Assembly (NCBI GenBank): GCA_964590755.1
Contig: CAZPYK010000001.1
Coordinates: 16,897 to 80,896, forward strand
Source of the DNA: an uncultured Ruminococcus sp.
GTDB lineage: Bacteria; Bacillota; Clostridia; Oscillospirales; CAG-272
Direction: 5' to 3'
Length of the DNA: 64,000 nucleotides
Position numbers and translations under genes: made by a program. The stretch's first letter is position 1; every line of letters begins with the position of its first letter. Positions 35,990 through 45,603 of this stretch are shown here, piece after piece. The notes below the pieces were generated by a model that was not told the DNA's origin, did no database searches, and saw only the letters and a list, made by a program, of their open reading frames with translations.

Positions 35990-38608
35990 TCACAGCGCCG
36001 CATCAATCTTTTTACGCATGTTACGAAAGATGTCGAAGCTTCCGTCCGGCAACCAAGCCAACTGCGTTTGCGGTATAGTCACATCAACCATAGTTGCGGG
36101 CAGATGCTCATCATCAAGTATCCATGATTCCGCCGTTGCATGTTCTGTACAGGCGTGATTGTATGGCAAACTGCTTCCCGAATACATTCCGAAATATCTT
36201 CCGTTGCCCGATGCACCTTGATAATAGGAGTAACGGCTGTTCAAATACGGGTGAACGCCGCCATCGACCTTGATGCAGGTATATTGAGCATCGGATATAT
36301 ATATCTCCATCGGGAGAGCTCTATCGACGAGCACGAGCGACTTTTGCACAAGGTTTTCCACAGGGCAAGCGTCGCAAGCCACACCTCCGGTCACCGAATC
36401 GAACCATACCCAAACATGACGATCGCATTCTGTTGTCGGTTGAGTGCCGCGCAAGAAGTACCCGGTCTCGGCACAATCTCCGCGCGGATCATCAAGGCAA
36501 GCGTCGGTGATCAACTTACCGGAATACTTGCAATAGGTGCACTTTACAACATCGTCGGAAACGGTAAAGGTCTTCAGCACTTCGGTTCCCGCATCCACAG
36601 CATCGAATATCGGTTGATGGATCTCGGTCATCATCGTGTTCCACACTATTCCCGAGGGGTTGTCTCCCGGTATCGCTTTGGGATACTCATAGCCGTACCA
36701 AACTCCGCAGATATAATACGGAGAATAACCGATAAACCATCTGTCGTAGTTGTCTCCCGCGGAACCGGTCTTCGCGGCAAGCTCTATTTTTGAATCCAAC
36801 TTAATATATCCGCTGTGAGCAACGACATTTTGCATCAGCTTGGTCATTATAGACGCGGTCGATTCGCTGAGTGCTATCGTACCCTCGTAATCATTTTGAA
36901 GGATCACGCTCCCCAAGCTGTCCTCAACCTTGAGATAAGAATGCGATTCGTTATAAACACCGTAATTGGCGAATATCGAATACGCCGCCGTCATCTCTCT
37001 TACGGTAAGTCCGTAGTTCAGCTGCCCCAAAGCAAGCGCGGCGTAACCCTTGTCGGTCAATGTCTGACCGCTCGACAGCGTCTGAGATTCAATGAGATTT
37101 TCAAGATGCAATGTCTCCTTGCAGAAGCGGAAGGATCGCTCCAACCCGACTTTTTCAAGGACCTTTAAGGAGACGGTATTCAATGAGTTTTCCACAGCAT
37201 ATTTTATATTCGTTAATCCGCGATAGTAATAATCGAAGTTTTTCGGCCATGCGGTATTATTCGTATAAGAATACGGCGTGTCATCTACCACAGATGCGTA
37301 GGTCACGAGCCCGTTTTCGATAGCCGGAGCGTAAACCGCCAACGGCTTGATCGATGAGCCCGGGGATCTTTTTGTAGTTGTTGCATAGCTTTGGATACGG
37401 TTGGCTGTTTTTTCGCCTCTTGCGCCTACCACACCCAATATATCGCCGGTCTCGGGATCTATGACTATAGCCGACGATTGAGCGGGAACACCGGATTTGT
37501 TTTCCGGGAAGTTGGAATCGTCAAGATACGTCTCCTCAAGAATGGTTTGGATCCTTTCGTCGACAAGCAGATATATCTTCCAACCGCTGTTATAAACCTT
37601 TATCGCGGCTATCTCTCGCGAGACCTTGTATTGCTCGGCATAATCATCTATGATATCCTCTATTGCCATATCGGTATACCACGAATTGATATTGATATCG
37701 TGCGTGTCATCGGTAACATTGAGTACGAGCTCCTTGTCGTACGCCTCATCGTATTCGCGCTTATTGATAAGCCCCTGCTCAAGCATAAGATCGAGCACTG
37801 TATTCCGTCGCTTGAGATTTTCCTCCGGATGCGTTATGGGATTGTAGCGAGACGGATTTTTGGTTATAGAAGCAATTGCGGCACATTCTATCAAAGTCAA
37901 TTCGCTGACGTCCTTATCAAAATATTTATACGCCGCCGCCTGAACTCCGTAACATCCGGAGCCCAAATTGATTATATTAAGATACAGCTCAAGTATCTCT
38001 TCTTTTTCTTTTTTCTTTTCAAGGTCAAGTGCCCAGAGTATCTCTTGGATCTTTCTTTGTATCTTGTACGAATCGTCCCCCGAAACGTTTTTGACAAGCT
38101 GTTGAGTTATCGTGGAGCCACCGTATCCCGAATCGTCAAAGCCCAAGAAAAAGTTGGCTCCCGCTTTGATCGTTCTGAGCCAGTCCACACCGTCATGAGT
38201 CCGAAAGCGCTTGTCCTCAACTGCGATAAATGCGTTTTGCAGATCCACCGGGATACTGTCATATTCCACATAAATGCTGTTCTTCGGACCGTAAAGACAC
38301 TCGTCCTCAAGTTCTACCGCTTCTCCGACACGATTGGCGCGATCCGTGAACTCGTATCTGTATATACGCGTGGTCGTAGATGAGTTCAGATCGAGTGTAT
38401 ATTGAGAAATATCCACTTCTGTCTTGACGTAATTTTTAATATAGATCGTAAAAACGCAAACGACTATTATTCCGGTCAATACGCAGACCAGCAAAAAGGT
38501 GACCAGCACATTTATAAAAACTCGAAGCGCGGTCATTACGCCCTTTATAAAAAGCGCGCCCGCTTTTTTTATCTCCTCATACCAATTGATCTTTTTTTGT
38601 TTTTGCAT
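35990..38608 (-). CDS. Class A penicillin-binding protein (glycosyltransferase plus transpeptidase) with a Cys-rich C-terminal extension
   Basis: GT51 motifs (AVEDKRFRTHDGVD, GGSTITQQL), transpeptidase SxxK (SPGSSIKP) and KTG (KTGSAG). A tail of about 200 aa contains nine Cys. Confidence 0.88.
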   Translation of the reverse strand: MQKQKKINWYEEIKKAGALFIKGVMTALRVFINVLVTFLLVCVLTGIIVVCVFTIYIKNYVKTEVDISQYTLDLNSSTTTRIYRYEFTDRANRVGEAVELEDECLYGPKNSIYVEYDSIPVDLQNAFIAVEDKRFRTHDGVDWLRTIKAGANFFLGFDDSGYGGSTITQQLVKNVSGDDSYKIQRKIQEILWALDLEKKKEKEEILELYLNIINLGSGCYGVQAAAYKYFDKDVSELTLIECAAIASITKNPSRYNPITHPEENLKRRNTVLDLMLEQGLINKREYDEAYDKELVLNVTDDTHDININSWYTDMAIEDIIDDYAEQYKVSREIAAIKVYNSGWKIYLLVDERIQTILEETYLDDSNFPENKSGVPAQSSAIVIDPETGDILGVVGARGEKTANRIQSYATTTKRSPGSSIKPLAVYAPAIENGLVTYASVVDDTPYSYTNNTAWPKNFDYYYRGLTNIKYAVENSLNTVSLKVLEKVGLERSFRFCKETLHLENLIESQTLSSGQTLTDKGYAALALGQLNYGLTVREMTAAYSIFANYGVYNESHSYLKVEDSLGSVILQNDYEGTIALSESTASIMTKLMQNVVAHSGYIKLDSKIELAAKTGSAGDNYDRWFIGYSPYYICGVWYGYEYPKAIPGDNPSGIVWNTMMTEIHQPIFDAVDAGTEVLKTFTVSDDVVKCTYCKYSGKLITDACLDDPRGDCAETGYFLRGTQPTTECDRHVWVWFDSVTGGVACDACPVENLVQKSLVLVDRALPMEIYISDAQYTCIKVDGGVHPYLNSRYSYYQGASGNGRYFGMYSGSSLPYNHACTEHATAESWILDDEHLPATMVDVTIPQTQLAWLPDGSFDIFRNMRKKIDAAL

Positions 38609-38637
38609 AGAGATCCTCGCTCCGCCGCCGTGCGGCG
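38609..38637 (-). repeat. SD-abutting GC hairpin leader module, copy G (variant SD GAGCGAGGA)
   Basis: Sense strand: CGCCGCACGGCGGCGGAGCGAGGATCTCTATG. The upstream GGTGGATTTCACAAATAACATT aligns with copies C and E. Confidence 0.7.
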
Positions 38638-38870
38638 ATAATGTTATTTGTGAAATCCACCTTGCACTTCTCGCGACGGCATTGTTCGACTCAAAGCCGT
38701 GTCATCACGTCAGCATTATTTTACCACCGATAAATGAATATATTATGAATTCGCGACAAATAATGAAAGTGCTCCGCCGAGAACGGAATTTTGACACGTA
38801 CTCATGACAAACGCGCGTATTCCGAGAACGCGGAGCTCATGAATTCATTCCGAAAGGCAGATACCGGAAA

Positions 38871-39263
38871 ATGCAAAGAAAATATTTGATCCCGATCACC
38901 TTGCTTGCGTTGTTGGCGCTGACGCTATCAACTCTCGCTGTTATCGTATACTCTCGCTCGATGCTTCACGACATTTCCCCCTCTTATGTCAAAAAGAGCA
39001 CAAGATCCGAAGCACCAAGACCGCTCGAAACGGTCGAACTTCCGATCGAAGTATTTAACGAGGTAACCGCAGATGACAAAATATATCTGCTCATTCTCAA
39101 GGACGGCGCATTGTATGCATATGACGATGCCATGAAATGCGTTGTTACAAAGGCATTCGACCCCACTCTTTTGAACAGCACCGAAAGAACGATGTTGAAC
39201 GACGGCATACTGCTGACAGGAGAGTCAGCGTTAAATGAAGCCTTGGATGATCTGCTTCACTGA
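38871..39263 (+). CDS. Hypothetical membrane-anchored protein (130 aa)
   Basis: N-terminal TM segment. The motif DKIYLLILKDGALYAYDD resembles BofC-like and other sporulation-associated small domains, which is a weak inference. Confidence 0.5.
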   Translation: MQRKYLIPITLLALLALTLSTLAVIVYSRSMLHDISPSYVKKSTRSEAPRPLETVELPIEVFNEVTADDKIYLLILKDGALYAYDDAMKCVVTKAFDPTLLNSTERTMLNDGILLTGESALNEALDDLLH

Positions 39264-39271
39264 CTCCGAAT

Positions 39272-42200
39272 TCAGCGAAGCACAACATTCTCGTCCCCGA
39301 CAGTTGAACGCAATTCACTTACAAGACACCCGCCGATGTCGGCTCCGCCGGATCTTTCTTCATAGCGGGCTTCGTCGGTATAATAGAATACCGTTTTCAG
39401 CGTACCGTCGAAGATCCCCACAAGATTATCGCATTTTTTAAACAAATCGCTTTTCCGCGACGGGACCCTGATGTACAGCACCTTCGGTCTTCGCAACGGC
39501 TCGGCAACGGTCGTCACGGAGGCAGACGTTCTGCCGCGCGGTATCGTTTCCGACTTGGTCGTTGCCGCCACATAACGCTCATTGGGGACAAGCGGCTCAA
39601 GCATATTCAATATGATCTTTATTTCGTCTCCATCGCGCCCCTCTCTCACCGAAAGCGTCCCGCGAACGCAGACAGCCTCGCCGTCACGTATGTTAGCGCT
39701 GTATTTTTCGTAGTTTTTCGGAAAAACAATGACTTCCGCTTGCCCAAGATTATCTTCAAGCGTAAAAAATACCATCACGCTGTCGTTTTTGGTCTTTTTT
39801 CGAGCTATTCCGGATATCATTCCGACCGCAACGACAGTTTGCTTGTCGGAAAAAGACTCGGATGTGCCATCGTCGGATTCCGCGCTGCCGCAAAGCTCGC
39901 CGAGAGATATCGGCGAAAGAGCCGATATGTGCTTTGAAAAGCCGTCAAGAATATGCCCTGAAAAGCACATTCCGGTGCTTTCCTTTTCCAACTCGATCAA
40001 AACGCGAAGCGGATATTCGGGTATATTGGGATAAACACAAACTCCGCCGGAGCTTTTGCGGTTCGATGCCTCGGAAGAAAACATATCAAGCTGACCTTGG
40101 AGGTTGTTTTTACTGCGTTCCGACAGCGCCGCAAGAGCGGATTCGAGCGCCCCGGACATTTGAGAGCGATATACTCCGAAAGTGTCAAACGCCCCCGCTC
40201 TGATAAGAGCCTCGATCATGCGCTTATTGAGTCCGCGATCCGACATGCGTGACAGAAAATCGTCAAGATCGACAAAATTGCCGCCGGCATTACGCTCTCG
40301 AAGCATTGAATCGATAAAGCTTTTCCCAACATTTTTAACGCCGAGCAATCCGAAAGTTATGCTGCTTCCGTTAACATGGAAATCCGAATAGCTGTAGTTT
40401 ATGTTCGGCGGCAAGACCTTTATCCCCATTTTAGACGCTTCGGCTATATATTGAGCGGTCTTGTTACGATCACCGAGAACCGACGACAGCAACGCGGCCA
40501 AATATTCCCGCGGATAGTGCGCCTTAAGATATGCTGTTCTGAATGATATCATGGCATATGCCGCAGCGTGACTTTTGTTAAATGCGTAGTTTGCAAAGCT
40601 TGCCATATCGTCGAAAAGCTTTACGGCTGCCGATCTGTCCATGCCGCGCTCGGAAGCTCCGCATATGAATTCTTCCCTCTCCGCCTCAAGCGCCGAAGCC
40701 TTTTTCTTCGCCATGGCTCGTCTGACCATGTCGGCGCGACCGAGAGAATATCCGGCCATTATTCGAAAAATATTCATGACCTGCTCTTGATAAACTATGC
40801 AACCGTAAGTCTCGGACAAAACAGGTCTCAACCGTTCGCACGGATAAACGACAGAATCCGGATCGTTTCGCCCCGCGATGTATTTCGGTATTGAATCCAT
40901 GGGTCCCGGCCTATATAGAGCGATCGCGGCTAATATATCGTCTATCGTGCGCGGCAAAAAGCTTGCAAGCATCGCACGCATGCCGGGAGATTCAAGCTGA
41001 AACACACCTAAGGTCTGACCGCGAGAGATAAGTTCATAGGTCGCCTTATCGTCAAGACTTACTTTTTCAAGTTCAAACTGCGGCTCTTTCTCGCGTATTT
41101 GCTTTACCGCCGAATCGATTATGGTTAAATATCTTAACGCCAAAAAATCAAATTTGAGCAAGCCGAGCGATGCCACGGTTTCCATATCATATTGTGTTAT
41201 GACCGCACCGTTGCTCAGCGAGAGAGGAAGGTAATCGGTAAGCGGCTTGTCGGTGATAACCACGCCCGCCGCATGGATCGATACATTTCGCGGCATGCCC
41301 TCAAGGGCTCGCGCAGTATCGATCATTTTTTTTATTTTGTTCGAGGAATCATATTTCTCGCGCAGTTCTTCGAACTCAAGTGCGGTATCGAGAGTAATGC
41401 TGAGGTCGCGCGGCACAAGCTTTGCGATCTCATCCACCTCGGCATAAGGCATATCCATCACACGACCTACGTCGCGCAACACCGCGCGAGCGGCCATGGT
41501 GCCGAATGTGATTATCTGAGAAACATGATCGTCTCCGTAACGCTCCTTTACATATTCAAGCACTTCGTCTCGGCGTTCGTAACAAAAATCCACATCGATA
41601 TCGGGCATGCTGACGCGTTCGGGATTTAAAAATCTTTCGAAATACAGTTCAAATCTTATCGGATCTATATCCGTGATACCGATCAAAAATGCCACCAAAC
41701 TGCCCGCCCCCGAGCCTCTGCCCGGTCCGACGGGAATCTTGCTTCGCTTCGCAAAACCGACATAATCGGCAACTATCAAAAAATAATCCGAATATCCCAT
41801 GCGCTCTATAACAGACAACTCGTATTCGAATCGCTCACGGTATTCGTCCGGCTCGTGTCCGCGGCAAGGTATGACATTCTCCGCGTATAATTTTTCAAAT
41901 CCGGCGTTCACCGCATCACGCAAAGCCTTGTCGGGAGTCATACCGCCGGAAGGCTTAAAAGACGGCAAAAATATACGATCGAAATTAAACTCGAAGTTGC
42001 ATCTGTCCGCGATCTTGACGGTATTTTCAAGTGCGCCCTCGAATGAGCCGAAAAGAGCACGCATTTCATCGGTGGATTTATAATAAAACTCATCAGTTTC
42101 AAATCCAAGCTTTTTTTCGGAGGAGAGGGTCGTACCGGTCTGGATGCACATAAGCACCGCCTGTGCCTCGGCATCCGAACGATTCAAATAGTGCACATCG

Positions 42201-42814
42201 TTCGTTGCGACCATCCCAAGACCGCATTCGCGCGCCAAACGAGCCAGCCCGGGAAGTATCTGCCTTTGCTCCGCCAAACCGTGATTTTGAAGTTCGATAA
42301 AGAAATTATCCTTACCGAAAATACCCGCATATTTCACGGCGGAAGCACGGGCACCTTCGTAATCTCCCAAGACAAGCTTCGACGGTATCTCGCCCGCAAG
42401 GCATGCCGAAAGTGCTATGAGTCCTTCGTGGTACCTGCGAAGCAATTCATCGTCAACACGAGGCTTGGAGTAAAATCCCTCGGTAAATGACAGAGATACC
42501 ATTTTTATAAGATTTTTATACCCGGTCTCGTTTTCGCACAGCAGAACCATGTGATGCGCCGCACGCTCGGTTTCGACCGATCTTTCAAAGCGCGAACGAG
42601 GAGAAACGTAAACCTCACAACCTATTATCGGTTTAACTCCGACGCTGCGGCACGCTTTAAAGAATGCAACGGCGCCGTACATGACACCATGATCGGTGAT
42701 AGCCACGGCATCATGCCCCGCAGCAAGCGCAGCACCGGGAATATCGGCGATCCGACATGCGCCGTCAAGCAAACTGTATTCGCTGTGTAAATGCAAATGC
42801 ACGAAATCAGACAT
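39272..42814 (-). CDS. dnaE: DNA polymerase III alpha subunit
   Basis: 1180 aa with an N-terminal PHP domain (HLHLHSEYSLLDG), a polymerase core and a C-terminal OB region. Confidence 0.92.
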   Translation of the reverse strand: MSDFVHLHLHSEYSLLDGACRIADIPGAALAAGHDAVAITDHGVMYGAVAFFKACRSVGVKPIIGCEVYVSPRSRFERSVETERAAHHMVLLCENETGYKNLIKMVSLSFTEGFYSKPRVDDELLRRYHEGLIALSACLAGEIPSKLVLGDYEGARASAVKYAGIFGKDNFFIELQNHGLAEQRQILPGLARLARECGLGMVATNDVHYLNRSDAEAQAVLMCIQTGTTLSSEKKLGFETDEFYYKSTDEMRALFGSFEGALENTVKIADRCNFEFNFDRIFLPSFKPSGGMTPDKALRDAVNAGFEKLYAENVIPCRGHEPDEYRERFEYELSVIERMGYSDYFLIVADYVGFAKRSKIPVGPGRGSGAGSLVAFLIGITDIDPIRFELYFERFLNPERVSMPDIDVDFCYERRDEVLEYVKERYGDDHVSQIITFGTMAARAVLRDVGRVMDMPYAEVDEIAKLVPRDLSITLDTALEFEELREKYDSSNKIKKMIDTARALEGMPRNVSIHAAGVVITDKPLTDYLPLSLSNGAVITQYDMETVASLGLLKFDFLALRYLTIIDSAVKQIREKEPQFELEKVSLDDKATYELISRGQTLGVFQLESPGMRAMLASFLPRTIDDILAAIALYRPGPMDSIPKYIAGRNDPDSVVYPCERLRPVLSETYGCIVYQEQVMNIFRIMAGYSLGRADMVRRAMAKKKASALEAEREEFICGASERGMDRSAAVKLFDDMASFANYAFNKSHAAAYAMISFRTAYLKAHYPREYLAALLSSVLGDRNKTAQYIAEASKMGIKVLPPNINYSYSDFHVNGSSITFGLLGVKNVGKSFIDSMLRERNAGGNFVDLDDFLSRMSDRGLNKRMIEALIRAGAFDTFGVYRSQMSGALESALAALSERSKNNLQGQLDMFSSEASNRKSSGGVCVYPNIPEYPLRVLIELEKESTGMCFSGHILDGFSKHISALSPISLGELCGSAESDDGTSESFSDKQTVVAVGMISGIARKKTKNDSVMVFFTLEDNLGQAEVIVFPKNYEKYSANIRDGEAVCVRGTLSVREGRDGDEIKIILNMLEPLVPNERYVAATTKSETIPRGRTSASVTTVAEPLRRPKVLYIRVPSRKSDLFKKCDNLVGIFDGTLKTVFYYTDEARYEERSGGADIGGCLVSELRSTVGDENVVLR

Positions 42815-42841
42815 AGGAATCCACCTCTGATTTTAAAGATC

Positions 42842-43750
42842 TTATTTTTTGTTGGTTACCGTTTCCGCAAGCTCGCACAGCTTTTTCAGTCTGTGATTGG
42901 CACCGGATTTGGAGATCGGAGGCACATGCTTAGATGCAAGCTCTGCAATCGAAATTTCCGGCTCGGCTTCGCGCAACGCGGCGGTCTCTTTAAGATCGTC
43001 AGACAGAGCCTCAAACAAGCCGTTGGCTTTTAAGACGGCAATGGCATTCAGTTGTATTAAGGCGGAACTTGCCGCTCTGCCTATATTGGTCACGATAAAG
43101 TTTGAAGCGCGATTGACGTTTCCTCTGAGTTCCCTCAAAAGATCGGATTGAATGAGCTCCATTGCGGCAATACTTGCTCCGACAGCGGAAAGCAGATCTT
43201 GAACGCAGTCGTTTTTTTTGCAAATGACAGCATAAGTTCCCGAGCGAGCGGATAATATTGGTTTTCCGACCGAAGTTGTCAGTTGCGCCGCGAGCCTTTC
43301 TGCACGCTCGCGGTCGTAGAGCTTAAATTCAAGCCTGACCTCTTTTTCCGGATCGCAGAAACGCGCCGACGAAATGAGCGCCCCCGCAAAAAAAGCGTTT
43401 TGACAGCCGGCGCATTTGAATTCCGACTCAACAAACTTCTCTGTATCGGTCTCGGGATCCGACATCGCACTCAAGAATCCCGCAAGTCGCTTTGATTCAA
43501 ACTCAAATATATACACCTCTCGTCCATAGCATACCTCTGTTCGCTCGTCCGGGACTCGCCCATATTGCTCAAGCAGCAATTTGCGAACCACGGCCGCAGT
43601 GTCGCTCTTTTGTATTCGGCAAAGAAGCATGCCGGATATTCCGACTTCGGCATTCAATAGGAGTCCGTGCAAAAAGCTGCGTCGGCAACATGGTGATGAA
43701 GGCAGAACCTTTAAAAGCTCGTCTCGAACTCTATCGCCAAAGCCTCTCAT
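42842..43750 (-). CDS. whiA: DNA-binding protein WhiA
   Basis: 302 aa with degenerate LAGLIDADG-like N-terminal repeats and the C-terminal HTH ...SKSGANHRLKKLCELAE. Confidence 0.85.
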   Translation of the reverse strand: MRGFGDRVRDELLKVLPSSPCCRRSFLHGLLLNAEVGISGMLLCRIQKSDTAAVVRKLLLEQYGRVPDERTEVCYGREVYIFEFESKRLAGFLSAMSDPETDTEKFVESEFKCAGCQNAFFAGALISSARFCDPEKEVRLEFKLYDRERAERLAAQLTTSVGKPILSARSGTYAVICKKNDCVQDLLSAVGASIAAMELIQSDLLRELRGNVNRASNFIVTNIGRAASSALIQLNAIAVLKANGLFEALSDDLKETAALREAEPEISIAELASKHVPPISKSGANHRLKKLCELAETVTNKK

Positions 43751-44673
43751 TCGACTGATACCATCCTGATCTCACATTCAAGAGATATGCCGTAACGATC
43801 CGATACGGTCTTGCGGATATGCTCTATAAGCTTTTTCACATCATCCGCGGTCGCTCCGCCCTTGTTGATGATGAATCCCGCATGCTTTTCCGACACCTGT
43901 GCTCCTCCGATCGCATAGCCCTTAAGTCCGCATTCCTCTATAAGCTTTCCGGTATACACTGTGGGTGCACTGCGTTTAAAAACGCTCCCGGCGCTCGGAA
44001 AATCCAAGGGCTGCTTATCTGTGCGTCTGTGCATATAATCGTTCATCATTTCCGATATCTTGCTTTTTTCGTCCTTCCGAAGTCGAAACTCAGCACCAAG
44101 CACGATATATCGTTCGCCTCGCCCTATGATGCTTTTTCTGTAGTCAAACTTCATTTCATCGCACGAAAGCGTTTCGACTTTATCGGTATGCGCATCATAA
44201 ACCTTTACGCTTTCCGTCACATCGGCCATCTCGCCGCCATAGGCTCCGGCATTCATGCAGACGGCTCCGCCGCAGCTGCCCGGAATACCGTATGCAAATT
44301 CAAGACCGCTGAGGGAGGCATCCCTGGCGGCAACAGCAACCGAAAACAGCGAATTTCCGCACCCGACGCTCATGCATTCACCGTTGATATCGATGTTTTT
44401 GATTTTTTTTGTAAATATCAAGACGCCTCTGAATCCGTTGTCATCAAAAAGAATATTAGAGCAATTTCCAACTACCATACGGCGAATGTGCATCTCATCC
44501 GCAAGTTTCAGCGCCGCGCAAAGCTGTGCATCGTTATGCGGATAAACGGCAATATCGCAAGCTCCGCCTATTCGAAAGCTTGAACGCTCGGATAAAAGCA
44601 CATCCCGCAGATATTCCACTCCCAAAAGATCAAGCTTGTCGGTAAAAAGCTTTATTTTATCATTATTATTCAT
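43747..44673 (-). CDS. murB: UDP-N-acetylenolpyruvoylglucosamine reductase
   Basis: FAD-binding domain (FRIGGACD), GIPGSCGGAVCMNAGAYG and SAGSVFK motifs. Confidence 0.9.
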   Translation of the reverse strand: MNNNDKIKLFTDKLDLLGVEYLRDVLLSERSSFRIGGACDIAVYPHNDAQLCAALKLADEMHIRRMVVGNCSNILFDDNGFRGVLIFTKKIKNIDINGECMSVGCGNSLFSVAVAARDASLSGLEFAYGIPGSCGGAVCMNAGAYGGEMADVTESVKVYDAHTDKVETLSCDEMKFDYRKSIIGRGERYIVLGAEFRLRKDEKSKISEMMNDYMHRRTDKQPLDFPSAGSVFKRSAPTVYTGKLIEECGLKGYAIGGAQVSEKHAGFIINKGGATADDVKKLIEHIRKTVSDRYGISLECEIRMVSVE

Positions 44674-44694
44674 GAACCAAAACCTCGATTTGTT

Positions 44695-45387
44695 TTATTC
44701 GTCATCTTCCGGTATATTCCGCAGCTCGTCCAGGCACTTTATCTCGTAAGTCGGCTTAATGATATCGGGGCATTTTTTGGAATGCGGGTTTAACCAGCAG
44801 GTGTCGATCCCCGCAGCCATTCCGCCGGCAATATCCGAGGAAAGCGAATCTCCTATAACAAGAGCCCTGTCGCATTCAAAGCCCTCGATGTCATTCATCA
44901 CGCGATCGAAAAAATCGCGCGAAGGCTTTTCCGCGCCGACCTCTTCCGAGATGTACGATCTTTCGATAAATCGTTTTATCGGAGAGACATTCATTCTGCC
45001 CGTCTGCACCGCCTTGATTCCGTTGGTAATGACAAAAATGCGACATTTTCCATAAAAATAGCGGCATATCTCCAAAGCACCGGGCATAAGATACGATTTT
45101 TCTGCCAAACGATCGGTGTATTCCGCCGCCATTTGGAGATGGTCAGCCTCAAAACCGTGCTTGCGCAGAAAAAGATCGAACCTTTTTGTTCTCAACTCGT
45201 TTTTTTCAATACCGCCGGTCTCCAGCAGTTTCCAAAGACTATCGTTTATTTCGCTATAGGATGCGATGAGTTCCTCGGTCGGAGATATCCCGAAGCGCTT
45301 GAGCGCCTCGGAGAGCGCCTCGCGTTCGGCTCGCTTAAAATCAAGAAGTGTGTCATCCGCATCGAATAATAAAAAATCATATTTCAT
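44695..45387 (-). CDS. HAD-superfamily hydrolase (YjjG-like nucleotidase subfamily)
   Basis: Motif I LLFDADDTLLDF and motif IV VIGDSLSSD. The start is ambiguous: ATG 45387, ATG 45402 and TTG 45411 are all in frame and none has a strong SD. Confidence 0.75.
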   Translation of the reverse strand: MKYDFLLFDADDTLLDFKRAEREALSEALKRFGISPTEELIASYSEINDSLWKLLETGGIEKNELRTKRFDLFLRKHGFEADHLQMAAEYTDRLAEKSYLMPGALEICRYFYGKCRIFVITNGIKAVQTGRMNVSPIKRFIERSYISEEVGAEKPSRDFFDRVMNDIEGFECDRALVIGDSLSSDIAGGMAAGIDTCWLNPHSKKCPDIIKPTYEIKCLDELRNIPEDDE

Positions 45388-45538
45388 GTACTCGGCAATC
45401 ATTCCGTTCAATAAATATTTCGGTATTATATATTATACAACATCCGCAACCGTTTTGCAACACATTATTTTCGATTGATCCAATAATACCGCATTTGTTC
45501 TCATTCTGCCTTTGCCGACATAATATGATGTCAACCTA

Positions 45539-45567
45539 TTGCATTTTTTTATCTTTTGTTGTATAAT
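45539..45567 (+). promoter_or_regulatory. Sigma-A promoter of coaE
   Basis: TTGCAT, 17 nt, TATAAT. Confidence 0.65.
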
Positions 45568-45603
45568 ATAAATATATATCTTGTTTTCAAAGGAGACGAC
45601 TTG

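Noticed and set aside
37391-38383. 330-aa plus-strand ORF opposite the PBP gene
   Set aside because: It is antisense to GT51 and transpeptidase motifs, with an Ile/Arg/Tyr-rich composition typical of shadow frames.
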